Shown here: positions 18,254 through 28,002 of the stretch, in pieces | How the letters are laid out: each line of letters opens with the position of its first letter | Position numbering within the stretch: the first letter of the stretch is position 1 | Source: Minisyncoccia bacterium | GTDB lineage: Bacteria > Patescibacteriota > Minisyncoccia > Moranbacterales > GCA-2747515 | Length of the DNA stretch: 50,524 nt | Direction of reading: 5' to 3' | Assembly (NCBI GenBank): GCA_041738235.1 | Contig: JBGSQF010000018.1 | Location: 67,404 to 117,927 of the forward strand | Notes under the pieces: generated by a model | Told to the model about the DNA's origin: nothing | The model's database searches: none | The model's input: only the letters and a program-made list of their open reading frames with translations | Program-made: the position numbers and the translations under genes

Positions 18254-19219
18254 ATGCTAGTTGTTATAGTGCTTCTTGTTATCGGGCTGATCATACTCAT
18301 ATCTGGTGCGGAGGTCATGGTGCGTGGCGCATCATCGCTTTCTGAAAAGTCAGGTATCCCACCGATCGTCATTGGTCTTACGGTGGTGGCTTTTGGGACA
18401 AGTGCGCCGGAACTTATTGTGAACATATTTGCTGCCTTACAGGGAACGACCGACCTGGCGTTGGGAAACGTGATAGGGAGCAATATCTCAAATATCCTCC
18501 TTATTCTTGGGGTGGCGTCGCTTATCATGAATTTGAAGGTGCAGCGATCGACGACATGGAAGGAGGTTCCCTTCGCGGCACTATCAGTGTTGATGCTTTT
18601 TGTGATGGCAAGTGATGTACTATTTGATAAGGCGCCATCCAATGTTATCTCAACGACTGATGGTTTAGTGCTTCTTGGGTTCTTTTCGATATTTTTATAT
18701 TATACGGTGCAGCTTTTTTTGAATGGGAAGAATGGTGAACAGGAAGAAACGGAGATCAAAGTATACTCTTACCCGATATCATTCTTGTTCACGATCGGAG
18801 GGCTTGTACTTTTGCTGGCGGGTGGAAAAATATTAGTGATAGAAGCGGTAATATTAGCTCACTTAGCAGGAATGTCAGAGATGCTTATTGGTCTTACGGT
18901 GGTGGCCATTGGAACCTCACTGCCAGAGTTGGCCACTTCGGTCATTGCTGTGCGTAAAGGACAATCGGATATTGCTATTGGGAACGTCGTGGGGAGCAAT
19001 ATTTTTAACACACTTTGGATCCTTGGAGTAACAGCTATGATCAAGCCGATCCCTGTAGCATCAAGTGGCTATATAGATATATTGGTATGTCTGGGCGTAA
19101 CCATATTTCTCTTCTTCGCTCTCTTTGCGGGGAAGAAACATGTTTTGGAGCGTTGGCAGGGCGCGTTGTTCGTTCTTGGGTATATTGTCTATATTGGATA
19201 TTTGATCTGGAGGGGGTAA
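18254..19219 (+). CDS. Ca2+/Na+ antiporter (YrbG family)
   Basis: Two alpha repeats: GTSAPE..GNVIGSN and GTSLPE..GNVVGSN. Confidence 0.95.
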   Translation: MLVVIVLLVIGLIILISGAEVMVRGASSLSEKSGIPPIVIGLTVVAFGTSAPELIVNIFAALQGTTDLALGNVIGSNISNILLILGVASLIMNLKVQRSTTWKEVPFAALSVLMLFVMASDVLFDKAPSNVISTTDGLVLLGFFSIFLYYTVQLFLNGKNGEQEETEIKVYSYPISFLFTIGGLVLLLAGGKILVIEAVILAHLAGMSEMLIGLTVVAIGTSLPELATSVIAVRKGQSDIAIGNVVGSNIFNTLWILGVTAMIKPIPVASSGYIDILVCLGVTIFLFFALFAGKKHVLERWQGALFVLGYIVYIGYLIWRG

Positions 19220-19231
19220 ATAACTTTTTGA

Positions 19232-19828
19232 ATGAATTCTTGTATGGCATATGGCAAAATTATCCCGGGGTTAGAGATCCATGGAGTACCAGCTCCATAT
19301 GGGGTAGTTAATGAGCGCGCGGTGCGTGCAGGGGCAGGGCTTATGTTTGTTATTGGATTTTTTACAGCGATCACGGTTTTTTACGAAAGGGACTTTTTAT
19401 TTGCCTTTATAGTAGTGTTTGTGTTCTGGGTTGATTTCTTGCTGAAGACGATCGTTGGGCCACAAGTATCCTATTTTGGTTTGATCGGAAAATGGCTGAC
19501 AAGAAATCAACGACCGGAATATGTAGGCGCCATTCAAAAACGTTTTGCTTGGAGTATCGGCGTGGGCATCTCAAGTGTTGTACTTCTTATCCTTGGGCAT
19601 CAAACATTTTTTGCCTCGGCTTGCATACCAGTGGCGTTTGGATTAAGCACGTTTTGCTTGATATCCATGGGTCTTTGCGGGATATGCTTGCTTTTTATGT
19701 GGTTGGAGTCGGCGGTGGGGTTTTGTGTGGGTTGTGCCATATATAGATGGCTCGTGACAAGGGGGATAATGAAACAGGAGGAATATTCGCCCGCTTGTCC
19801 TGGAGGAGTATGTGAGGCAGATGAATAA
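19232..19828 (+). CDS. DUF4395 family membrane protein
   Basis: NERAVRAGAG, QKRFAWSIG, ESAVGFCVGC, C-terminal CPGGVC. Confidence 0.8.
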   Translation: MNSCMAYGKIIPGLEIHGVPAPYGVVNERAVRAGAGLMFVIGFFTAITVFYERDFLFAFIVVFVFWVDFLLKTIVGPQVSYFGLIGKWLTRNQRPEYVGAIQKRFAWSIGVGISSVVLLILGHQTFFASACIPVAFGLSTFCLISMGLCGICLLFMWLESAVGFCVGCAIYRWLVTRGIMKQEEYSPACPGGVCEADE

Positions 19829-19867
19829 GGATCACAAAGTTTCTATATTTTTAGGAGTAGGAAAGCA

Positions 19868-21928
19868 ATGAAAGCATTTTTGAAGAAGTATAAAAAAGGA
19901 TTACTTACGAGCATCGGTGTATTGAGCATACTTGTTGTTTTTTCTATGATCGCCTTTCACGATCTCGGAAAATTTGAAACGTCGGATGAGGATTTGTGGA
20001 AAGAAGATCGTATCAAGCGATATTGGAATGGGATAAAGAATGGTTTTGCAAATGGGGATTGGACGAACACCTATGTTAATGATAAGCCGGGCGTTACCGT
20101 GTCGATCCTTTCTGGGCTGATGATGGACGGTATTCCTGATCCTAATAAGCAGACAAGTCTTAAGAAGGAGCATGGGAAATATTTATTTCAGACATACAAA
20201 GCTGAAAATACCGAAACGATCAATCGGGCTTTGCGTATCCCGATTGTTACATTTACGATAGCTATGTGTTTGTTGATGGGTTTTTTGATATACCGATGGA
20301 CCGACTCGTGGGGGATTACAATATTTAGCATGATCTTGATCGTTCTCAATCCTGTACTTCTTGGCATTTCGCAGATCATCAACCCTGACGCGATCTTGTG
20401 GTCAAGCACTTTTGTGGCGCTTCTGGGATTTTTGCTCGTACTTAAGACACGATCGTGGTGGTATGTGTTCTTGGTCGGAATATTCTTTGGCTGGGCTATT
20501 GCATCGAAATATACTGGGAATCTTCTTTCGCTTTTTTTTCTCGTTCTTCTCATTCTTTCGATCTTTTTTGAGACCAAGAGCATCAAAGAACATATTCGGG
20601 ATATTCGTATCCTGCTTATACAATTGGTCATCATGACCGGAATAGGATATGTATTTTTTTCGATTCTGGTTCCATTTGTTTTAGTAAAACCTCACCTGTT
20701 CCTTATCGGGACGTTTTTGGCCGCAGGGATCAGAGAAGTTATTGTGCCAGTAGTGACCACGTTTGTCGTTTTGGTTTTTGATGTATTTGCAATTCGCGCT
20801 CGAATTTCAGGATTTATACACAGAATTGTTCGATCATGGAAGTGTTGGGTATTGCGCGTTGCAGCAACATTATTACTTCTTCTTTTTGTGGGGCATATCA
20901 TAAATGCGTGGACAGGGGCGAGCTTCGTTCCCCTGAACGATATGCGAGAAATGATAGAATTTCAGACCGGCAAGAAGGGCAATGCCAAGATCACTCTTGT
21001 ATTTCCTATGATCCACGAAGAGGATGGCATGGCAGTAGGATTTGCAAAGAAGTTGTTGGTGGAATCGTCATACATATTTTTTACTTTACCAACTGTTGTT
21101 ATCATTGCGCTGATGGCGGGAATGGTTCTGGTGATCCTTCGGGGTAAAGTCCGTTACTTTGGGTATGTGGTATTTGCTCTCACAGTTCCTTGGGTGTTTA
21201 TAGTTGGCGGGCTCATGGCCAATGTTCTGGTCAATGTTCGGTATGGCATCATATTACAACCAATTCTTGCATTACTTGCAGGAATATTTTTGTGGGAAGC
21301 TACAATGCTTATAAAAAAACGGTATCGGTTCGCGTGCGCTTTAGGTGTTGGTGTTGTTGTTGTGCTTTTTCAGATGATCGCGCTTCGGTCGATCGCACCG
21401 CATTATCTTGACTATCAAAACAAATTTCTCCCTCAACAGATGTCTTTTGCGGATTCGTGGAGTTATGGACTTTATGAAGCAGCACAGTGGCTGAACGCTG
21501 ATCCAAACGCAAGACATATGCAGGTATGGACCGACCGAAAGGCATTTTGTCGATTCTTTGTGGGGAAATGTATTCGAAATGCTTCGATGGATCTTTCCTT
21601 GGTCTCGCCGGATTATTTTGTGATCACGCGAAGAAATGTGATGAAGGGAAGTGTATTTCATTGGAAAACGCCCGAGCTTGCAAAACATCCATCGGAGTAT
21701 TATTACAGTGATGAAGTTTTGGGAGATCCTGTGTGGGAGTTGCAGATCGGGGATAGACCACTTAACTATGTAAAGATCATCCGATCTGACGAAGGATCGA
21801 GCATACCGGATCTTCCGGAATGGCTTATTCCTTCTGATCCAAAAACAGTTGATGAAAATGGTCCGAGCGAGGAGTCTATTCAAAGTCACGAAGCCCAGAT
21901 GGGAGAGGAGGTTTCTGAGGAGGATTAA
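19868..21928 (+). CDS. GT-C fold (ArnT/PMT-like) membrane glycosyltransferase, paralog 1
   Basis: TSDE acidic loop after TM1, NDKPG, SQIINPD, SKY, RY motifs; many TM helices. Confidence 0.85.
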   Translation: MKAFLKKYKKGLLTSIGVLSILVVFSMIAFHDLGKFETSDEDLWKEDRIKRYWNGIKNGFANGDWTNTYVNDKPGVTVSILSGLMMDGIPDPNKQTSLKKEHGKYLFQTYKAENTETINRALRIPIVTFTIAMCLLMGFLIYRWTDSWGITIFSMILIVLNPVLLGISQIINPDAILWSSTFVALLGFLLVLKTRSWWYVFLVGIFFGWAIASKYTGNLLSLFFLVLLILSIFFETKSIKEHIRDIRILLIQLVIMTGIGYVFFSILVPFVLVKPHLFLIGTFLAAGIREVIVPVVTTFVVLVFDVFAIRARISGFIHRIVRSWKCWVLRVAATLLLLLFVGHIINAWTGASFVPLNDMREMIEFQTGKKGNAKITLVFPMIHEEDGMAVGFAKKLLVESSYIFFTLPTVVIIALMAGMVLVILRGKVRYFGYVVFALTVPWVFIVGGLMANVLVNVRYGIILQPILALLAGIFLWEATMLIKKRYRFACALGVGVVVVLFQMIALRSIAPHYLDYQNKFLPQQMSFADSWSYGLYEAAQWLNADPNARHMQVWTDRKAFCRFFVGKCIRNASMDLSLVSPDYFVITRRNVMKGSVFHWKTPELAKHPSEYYYSDEVLGDPVWELQIGDRPLNYVKIIRSDEGSSIPDLPEWLIPSDPKTVDENGPSEESIQSHEAQMGEEVSEED

Positions 21929-21951
21929 CTGTTTGGGATCATAAAAAAAGA

Positions 21952-23556
21952 ATGAAAAAAATTTTTAAAAAAAGAAGATGTATGCAAGTTTTAAATAACC
22001 TCCGACATCTTCTTCAAGGTTTTTCTCAAAAAGAAAGAGGTGCTTTTATAGGAGTTGCGGCTTTTGGGTGTTTACTGATGATCTGGTTTTGGGGAATTGT
22101 TCCGATACTTCCCGTCAAAGATCCTTTCGGACATTCGATGAAAACATGTCGTATTGATACGTATGGGGCGAGTCATGAAGACCCAATAAAGACCAGAGAG
22201 GCCTTTCGTTCGGCCTTTGCTGACTGTGCTCCCGGAGGGACGGTTGTGGTACCGCGGGGAATATGGAAAACGGGGGGACTAATTTTACCCAGTGACGTGA
22301 CGTTAAAGATGGATCTTGGCTCTGTGGTATCCTTTTCTGATGATCCGGATCAGTACCTTCCGGTCGTAGCAACCCGTTGGGAAGGAATGGATGTGATGAA
22401 TTACCAACCACTGCTGTATGCCGAACAGGTAAAAAACGTTGCCATAATAGGACATGGGACATTTGTAGGAAATGGTGGCAAGTGGTGGGTATGGAAAGAT
22501 GATGACGCTGGGGGCATAGGAGAAGAAGCATCTGCAGAGAAACTTTACGATATGGCAAAAGAAGGTATTCCGATAGAGAAGAGGGTTTTTGGAACTGGAA
22601 AAGAGCCTCTCCGACCTTCATTTTTGCAGTTTTATGATTCCGATACAGTTGTTTTAGATGGTCCGACGTTTGTCGATGGCCCGATGTGGACCGTGCACCC
22701 GGTGTATTCCAAGAATGTTATAATACGGAATGTTACAGTTTCAACAACTGCTCCAAACACGGACGGTATTGCTATTGACTCTTCAGAGCATGTTTTGGTG
22801 GAAGGGTGTACGATAGGAAGTGGGGATGATGCGATCGTTATCAAATCGGGGTTGGATTATGATGGATGGAAACAGAATCGTCCATCTCGCCATATTGTTA
22901 TTCGTGATTCACGTGTGATTCGTGGTAATGCTGGGGTGACGATTGGGTCTGAAATGAGTGGGGGGGTGGAGGATGTTTTTGTGAACAATATGAAATTTAG
23001 TGGTGTAGATACGGGAATACGACTCAAGACGCTTCAGGGTCGAGGAGGCTATGTGCGCAATATTCGATATGAAAATATTGATATGCGAAACCTGGCTGAG
23101 GATGCAGTCCAGTTGGATATGAAGTATAAATACGCCACGCTCAAGAGTGAGAGTGACGCGGTTCCGGAAGTGAGTGACATTTCTTTTAAGGGCATATTTG
23201 CCAGAAATGCCAATCGTGCCTTTCGGATCGGGGGTAGAGAGGATATGCCTATCAAGAACTTACTGATGGAGAACTCCAGCTTCTTTGTCAAAGAAACTGG
23301 TCGAATGAATGATACGGTGGGGGCTACATTGAGAAATGTGAGTATCCACTCACAAGACAAGAAACCGGTTGAAGTAAAGAACACAAATAATCTCGTGCTT
23401 ACAGGATACTTCCCTCGTGGCGGACGAGGTGAGGCTTTTGCTAAACTGGGAGGATCAACAACGCGTAACGTTTCTGTACATCTCTGGCCATGTCCAAGAA
23501 ACGCGTGTGTTTCGTGGGACAAAAAGGTCTCGCCCGAGCAGATTATCTTTCAATAA
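21952..23556 (+). CDS. GH28 polygalacturonase-family protein with N-terminal membrane anchor
   Basis: NTDG, GDD, IKSG, IGSEMSGGV and RLKT motifs; TM segment near residues 30-53. Confidence 0.92.
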   Translation: MKKIFKKRRCMQVLNNLRHLLQGFSQKERGAFIGVAAFGCLLMIWFWGIVPILPVKDPFGHSMKTCRIDTYGASHEDPIKTREAFRSAFADCAPGGTVVVPRGIWKTGGLILPSDVTLKMDLGSVVSFSDDPDQYLPVVATRWEGMDVMNYQPLLYAEQVKNVAIIGHGTFVGNGGKWWVWKDDDAGGIGEEASAEKLYDMAKEGIPIEKRVFGTGKEPLRPSFLQFYDSDTVVLDGPTFVDGPMWTVHPVYSKNVIIRNVTVSTTAPNTDGIAIDSSEHVLVEGCTIGSGDDAIVIKSGLDYDGWKQNRPSRHIVIRDSRVIRGNAGVTIGSEMSGGVEDVFVNNMKFSGVDTGIRLKTLQGRGGYVRNIRYENIDMRNLAEDAVQLDMKYKYATLKSESDAVPEVSDISFKGIFARNANRAFRIGGREDMPIKNLLMENSSFFVKETGRMNDTVGATLRNVSIHSQDKKPVEVKNTNNLVLTGYFPRGGRGEAFAKLGGSTTRNVSVHLWPCPRNACVSWDKKVSPEQIIFQ

Positions 23557-23567
23557 GAATTTCGTAT

Positions 23568-23606
23568 AAAAAAAGACCGCGACAGTCGGGGGGTGACTGC
23601 GCGGCC
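23568..23606 (-). terminator. Rho-independent terminator, minus strand
   Basis: GGCCGCGCAGTC-acccccc-GACTGTCGCGGTC followed by T7 on the minus strand. Confidence 0.75.
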
Positions 23607-23611
23607 AAAAA

Positions 23612-23762
23612 GGGTGGGGAGGACGACCGAAGTCGGATGGGTAGTTGTATGGGCTGTTCAGTGCTCCCACGCAACTCATATTCCCATCGACAAAAACACT
23701 GAACGGTGACTTTTAGGGTTTTTACCCTTTTTTAGTCACGTGTTTGTCGATGGATATCCGAT
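23612..23762. ncRNA. Candidate structured RNA (several hairpins plus a pseudoknot), unclassified
   Basis: Long hairpin 23684-23753; hairpin 23643-23676 whose loop is complementary to 23697-23706; C-UUCG-G hairpin on the minus strand at 23624-23635. Confidence 0.5.
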
Positions 23763-23963
23763 TCAGGATGGATTAATGCTTACTCCCGGGTAGGCCTCTT
23801 CAATGAGGTCTTTGATCCATCCCAGAGATCCCTTTGCGCAATTGACATTGACCCTGCCCCCCGCAACTTCCTGGGCTTTGCCACCAGTTAGGCGGTCAAT
23901 TTCCTGGATTATGGTGGGGATATCGGGGCCGTTCGGTTGAGTGTCAATAACGAGCCAGCACAT
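23763..23963 (-). CDS. Small hypothetical protein, predicted ferredoxin-like beta-alpha-beta-beta-alpha-beta pattern
   Basis: 66 aa, AAAGGAAAGGA SD before ATG, globular-looking composition, fills an intergenic gap. Confidence 0.65.
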   Translation of the reverse strand: MCWLVIDTQPNGPDIPTIIQEIDRLTGGKAQEVAGGRVNVNCAKGSLGWIKDLIEEAYPGVSINPS

Positions 23964-24145
23964 TTTTCCTTTCCTTTACAAAAGTTTTTTTGTGCGGATT
24001 TCCGCATACCTGTTACCTAGATACTGCAAGGCAACGCTAGAAAGGTAACACATATTCTATTATGTTGTCAATATTCCTCTGATTGCTCCTTTTGTTTTTT
24101 TCTTGTAGGATAAGAGGAGAGAGTTGTTCAATTTTCTGAGCATAT

Positions 24146-26059
24146 ATGGATTTTTTTGTGGGACAATTTTGGCTGTTGGTTGCACTGGTCGTGGTTTTGT
24201 GGGTGCCTGGGAGAATGTGGGTGCTTTTTTTGGAACGGAAAAAACCTCTTTTCTCAGTTGTTGAGCAAATTCCTCTCTCCATAACCCTAAGTATAGTGGT
24301 AGTTGATCTCGTTATGATCGTTTTGGGACGTGTGGGGATCTTTTTGGATGCTCTCTCTGTGGGGTTGGGAATATTTTTTGTAAGTGGGTTATTGTTCTTT
24401 TTTGCAAAGCGAGAAAAAAAGGCAAAAGAAAACTCTGTGAGTCCAAAGCAAGAGCTGTCACTTCTTTTCTGGATAGTGTTCTTGTTAGCAGTCGTGATAA
24501 AGATGGTCTACCTGGTGCCTAATATTGTTCCGCACGCAACTGATCTAGGCCATCACAGTTATTGGATCAAGAAGATCGTTCTGGATGGAAAGTTGCCAAC
24601 CTATGAAGAGCGGGACATTACCACAAATGACGCCGGAAACTATATCGTTGGAGAAGCTGAGCCAATATCCGATTTTATCATTGGGGAGCACCTTACTCTT
24701 TCCGCAATAGCCATCATCTCGGGGAAAGATGTGGTATCCGGATTTTCCGTGACCGCACTTTTTGTGCTTCATGTGGTGACGTTGCTCGCGATGTACGCTT
24801 TGGCAAAACGGCTTTTTGAGCGATCTTCGCACGCGGAGCGGATCGGGGTGTGGACACTCTTTTTCTTTGGTGTGCTCTATGCACTGGGGCAGTCGCAAAT
24901 GAAGTACGTGACAGGGGGAGCCATGGGGAACACCTTCGGAAATCTCTTCATACCCGTGGCATTTTTGCTTTTACTTTTTGCTGTTCGGCGTTGTCTTGTG
25001 GGCGCGTTCATTTCTGCGCTGTTTGTGATATTCATGTTGGCTTACACACACCATCTGTCCACACTTCTTTTCGTCTTTGCTCTTTTGGGAATTTTTCTTA
25101 TGCTTGCTATCTTTCACCGAGGGTTCTTTCCAAAAAATATCCTCCCACTCTTGCGTTCCCGGTCGGTATGGATAACGGTCGTGAGCTTTCTTTGTTTCTT
25201 CTTCTTCTTCTTTACCCCCTCGTATATTCGGAACATGGCGGTTGAACAAGTTGTGGGGACGCCGCAAAATGAAGAGCACCTCGGATTTTCATTTTTAGAG
25301 TTAGGTCGCGCTGTGGGGGAGTCGCGTGCGGCCTTTGGTATATTAGGACTTGGATTCCTACTTTTTTCCAGAAAAATGCGACGTAGCGATATATTGGCGA
25401 TCCTTGCAGGTTGGTCGATTCCTCTCGGTATTCTTATTGTATATCCGAACCTTGTGCGCATAGATCTTCCTTCAGCCCGTGTAGCCAACTATATGGTGTT
25501 TCCGCTGGCTATTCTTTCGGGTTATGCGCTTGTTCTCTTGGTCGAAAGACTAAAACGATTCTCGAGATCTGCCTCTTGGGTATGTACAGCGATGGTTCTA
25601 TTTTTGGTCGTCTCGGTATCCTATGGGGGATTCTTGGATAATGCGTCAGTAATGAAAAAACGATCCGATCAAACAGAGCGAAGTCTTGAGGTTTTTTCTG
25701 CAGCGCAGTATCTTCATGATCGTGTATCAGGGTCGGTCACAGTCATGCATGACCATATCAACATCACTTCTGGAGATGCATGGATCAAAACGTTTTTTAT
25801 GAGAGATTACAACTATCCCTTTTACCGCGCATTCCTTTTTCGGTATGATCGAGCTACCGATAAACAAGAAAAGTGTACGATGTATGTTTTTTCCGAACCG
25901 GATTCTTCTGAAGCAAAGAAGTGTATCGACGATCTTAACGTTGGCGCGATACTTGTCGATGAAAAGATAGATGGACAACAATTTCAACACTTCGGGGATT
26001 ATTGGAAGGTGTATTCTGATCCATTCCATTCGGTATACGTACGAGCCAGTGATAAGTAA
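24146..26059 (+). CDS. Polytopic membrane protein, probable GT-C fold glycosyltransferase
   Basis: More than 12 TMs, loop motif ATDLGHH..W, YTHHLS, C-terminal soluble domain; sits upstream of Wzx. Confidence 0.7.
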   Translation: MDFFVGQFWLLVALVVVLWVPGRMWVLFLERKKPLFSVVEQIPLSITLSIVVVDLVMIVLGRVGIFLDALSVGLGIFFVSGLLFFFAKREKKAKENSVSPKQELSLLFWIVFLLAVVIKMVYLVPNIVPHATDLGHHSYWIKKIVLDGKLPTYEERDITTNDAGNYIVGEAEPISDFIIGEHLTLSAIAIISGKDVVSGFSVTALFVLHVVTLLAMYALAKRLFERSSHAERIGVWTLFFFGVLYALGQSQMKYVTGGAMGNTFGNLFIPVAFLLLLFAVRRCLVGAFISALFVIFMLAYTHHLSTLLFVFALLGIFLMLAIFHRGFFPKNILPLLRSRSVWITVVSFLCFFFFFFTPSYIRNMAVEQVVGTPQNEEHLGFSFLELGRAVGESRAAFGILGLGFLLFSRKMRRSDILAILAGWSIPLGILIVYPNLVRIDLPSARVANYMVFPLAILSGYALVLLVERLKRFSRSASWVCTAMVLFLVVSVSYGGFLDNASVMKKRSDQTERSLEVFSAAQYLHDRVSGSVTVMHDHINITSGDAWIKTFFMRDYNYPFYRAFLFRYDRATDKQEKCTMYVFSEPDSSEAKKCIDDLNVGAILVDEKIDGQQFQHFGDYWKVYSDPFHSVYVRASDK

Positions 26060-26077
26060 AAAGAGAAAGAGGGTACA

Positions 26078-26485
26078 GTGAAGTCACAAGTTCATAAGTC
26101 CAAATATATGTGGAGTATATTTCAAAAAAATACTGGAAAGATTTTTGGAGGAATGTTTGTTTTTTGTTTTGTAGTATTGTCATTTGCGGAATATGTGAGC
26201 GTGCACGATCGGAGTTTTCTGGCTTGGAGGATCGAGTTTGTTGACCCAACGAGCAAAGACCTGTCCTTTCAGATGCAAAACGATGGTCAAGCCCGAACGT
26301 TCCGCTATGTGGTATATGTGAACAAGCGACCAATGCATGAAGGGAACGTTGCAGTGGGAACGGGTGAAATAAAAACATTTCCTCAGCAGGACCTGATTGA
26401 TCAGGGGGCGGTATTTCAGGGAAAAGTTCGTATTCATATGGAGGATCCCCAGGGGGGCGTAAGGGAGATATTTAAGATCTTGTAA
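26078..26485 (+). CDS. Membrane-anchored beta-rich (Ig-like) hypothetical protein
   Basis: One N-terminal TM followed by a beta-strand pattern; operonic position. Confidence 0.65.
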   Translation: MKSQVHKSKYMWSIFQKNTGKIFGGMFVFCFVVLSFAEYVSVHDRSFLAWRIEFVDPTSKDLSFQMQNDGQARTFRYVVYVNKRPMHEGNVAVGTGEIKTFPQQDLIDQGAVFQGKVRIHMEDPQGGVREIFKIL

Positions 26486-26494
26486 AGAATTACT

Positions 26495-27928
26495 ATGAAG
26501 TCTCGTTCCTTTATCTGGCTGTTTCTTGCGGAGTTCTTCTTTTATGTTTCTGGCTATGTTGTGCAGATGATGGCGGGGCGGTTTTTGGGTCCAGAAGAGT
26601 ATGGTCGATACGCGGTCGTTATCACGATAACGTTACTCGTCGCTAACCTGATTGGAAGTGGCATCCCGATCGCTATGAGTAAATTTCTGAGCGAGTATCG
26701 TGCCAAAGATCCAAAGGGCCTACCGAGCGTTCGTCGAGAAAGCGCCAAGGCACAGATCTGGGTGACGAGCGTAGTAACAGGGATCTTTTTTCTGCTTTCC
26801 CCGGTGTTTGCATATCTTCTCAAAGATCCAACGCTGACGCCGTTATTTTTTATTGCTTCACTTATCATTCCTTGTTATGCGGCGGATGCTTTCTACTTCT
26901 ACCTTTTTTCCGGGATGCAGATGTTTTCGGTTCAATCGGTATTGAAGTTCGTTCGTGCTGTATTGCGTATCGTGGTTATCTCGGGATTGACGTATTTTTT
27001 TCATATTCAAGGGATCTTTATTGGATATTTGTTGGTTCCTTTGGGGGTGCTCTCCGTGGCGGTATTAGTAGACAGAAGAACAAAAGTTCTCTATGAAACA
27101 CGAGGAGAGAGTGGTGTGTTCTCCATAAAAAAAATATATGCTCTTGCAGTACCTATTACGGTGTTTGCGGTGTTGTTTGAGATCCTTCTTTCTCTTGATC
27201 TCTACGCATTAAAATATTTCTTTGCCGATGATGCCCTGACCGGACAGTATAATGCGGCGCTTACGATCGCACGTATCCCGTCGTTTCTTTTCTATGCACT
27301 GACGCTTATCCTTTTACCGACCATTGCCGAATCATTTGCCAAATTGGACACAGAGCGCGCTAAAAAGATCGTGAGTAACGCTGTGCGGTTTATGTTGGTC
27401 GTGGGGGCACCATTCGTGGCATTTGTGGCTGCCTACCCAGCATCGGTGATGCGGATATTTTTTGGAGAAAAGTTTCTTGCGGCGTCATCATTCCTCCCGA
27501 TGCTCGCAGCGGCAACAACGATCCTTTCGATCCTCTATGTCTTGGCGTTCGCGTATAATGGAGCGGGGAAGATCGGCACGCCCATTCGGATGGTCTCAGC
27601 ATTGATCCTATTCAACATTTTCTTGGATGCGATGGTGCTTCCTCGGTTTGGTGTGGGAAGTGTCCCATTCCTCAAGCTTGTGGTCGCACTTCTCCTTACC
27701 CCATTTCTTTTTACGTCTCTTCACAAAACCTTTGCGATATATGGCGTTGTACTTAATGGGATAAAAATATCTTTTGCTACGGTCGTTGTCTTTTTTATTG
27801 CGCGATCTTTTGGGGATTCTCTTGGTGCTCTTGCGATTCTGACCATTCCATTGGGGATTGCTTATCTCGCATTTCTCTGGTTTACGGGAGTGATACGAAA
27901 AGAAGATTTGGCTACAGTAAGAAAATAG
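26495..27928 (+). CDS. wzx: Wzx/MOP-family oligosaccharide flippase
   Basis: RFLGPEEYG, GIP.A.SKF, GQYNAA, LLPTIA; about 14 TMs. Confidence 0.88.
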   Translation: MKSRSFIWLFLAEFFFYVSGYVVQMMAGRFLGPEEYGRYAVVITITLLVANLIGSGIPIAMSKFLSEYRAKDPKGLPSVRRESAKAQIWVTSVVTGIFFLLSPVFAYLLKDPTLTPLFFIASLIIPCYAADAFYFYLFSGMQMFSVQSVLKFVRAVLRIVVISGLTYFFHIQGIFIGYLLVPLGVLSVAVLVDRRTKVLYETRGESGVFSIKKIYALAVPITVFAVLFEILLSLDLYALKYFFADDALTGQYNAALTIARIPSFLFYALTLILLPTIAESFAKLDTERAKKIVSNAVRFMLVVGAPFVAFVAAYPASVMRIFFGEKFLAASSFLPMLAAATTILSILYVLAFAYNGAGKIGTPIRMVSALILFNIFLDAMVLPRFGVGSVPFLKLVVALLLTPFLFTSLHKTFAIYGVVLNGIKISFATVVVFFIARSFGDSLGALAILTIPLGIAYLAFLWFTGVIRKEDLATVRK

Positions 27929-27959
27929 TGAGTAGTATTACAAAAGTAGGGATACGCAA

Positions 27960-27983
27960 AAACGGCTCATTAGTGAGCCGTTT
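27960..27983. terminator. Bidirectional terminator
   Basis: AAACGGCTCAT-ta-GTGAGCCGTTT between convergent genes. Confidence 0.75.
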
Positions 27984-28002
27984 CAAGATTTTTGCGCGCT
28001 CT

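Noticed and set aside
23455-23679. 74-aa minus-strand ORF across the structured element
   Set aside because: Runs through a terminator and into the GH28 gene; weak SD; Pro-rich composition typical of non-coding sequence.
23991-24010. GUAUGCGGAAAUCCGCAC (minus strand) resembling group II intron domain V
   Set aside because: The lower stem with the AGC/CGC triad is absent, and there is no domain VI or reverse transcriptase.
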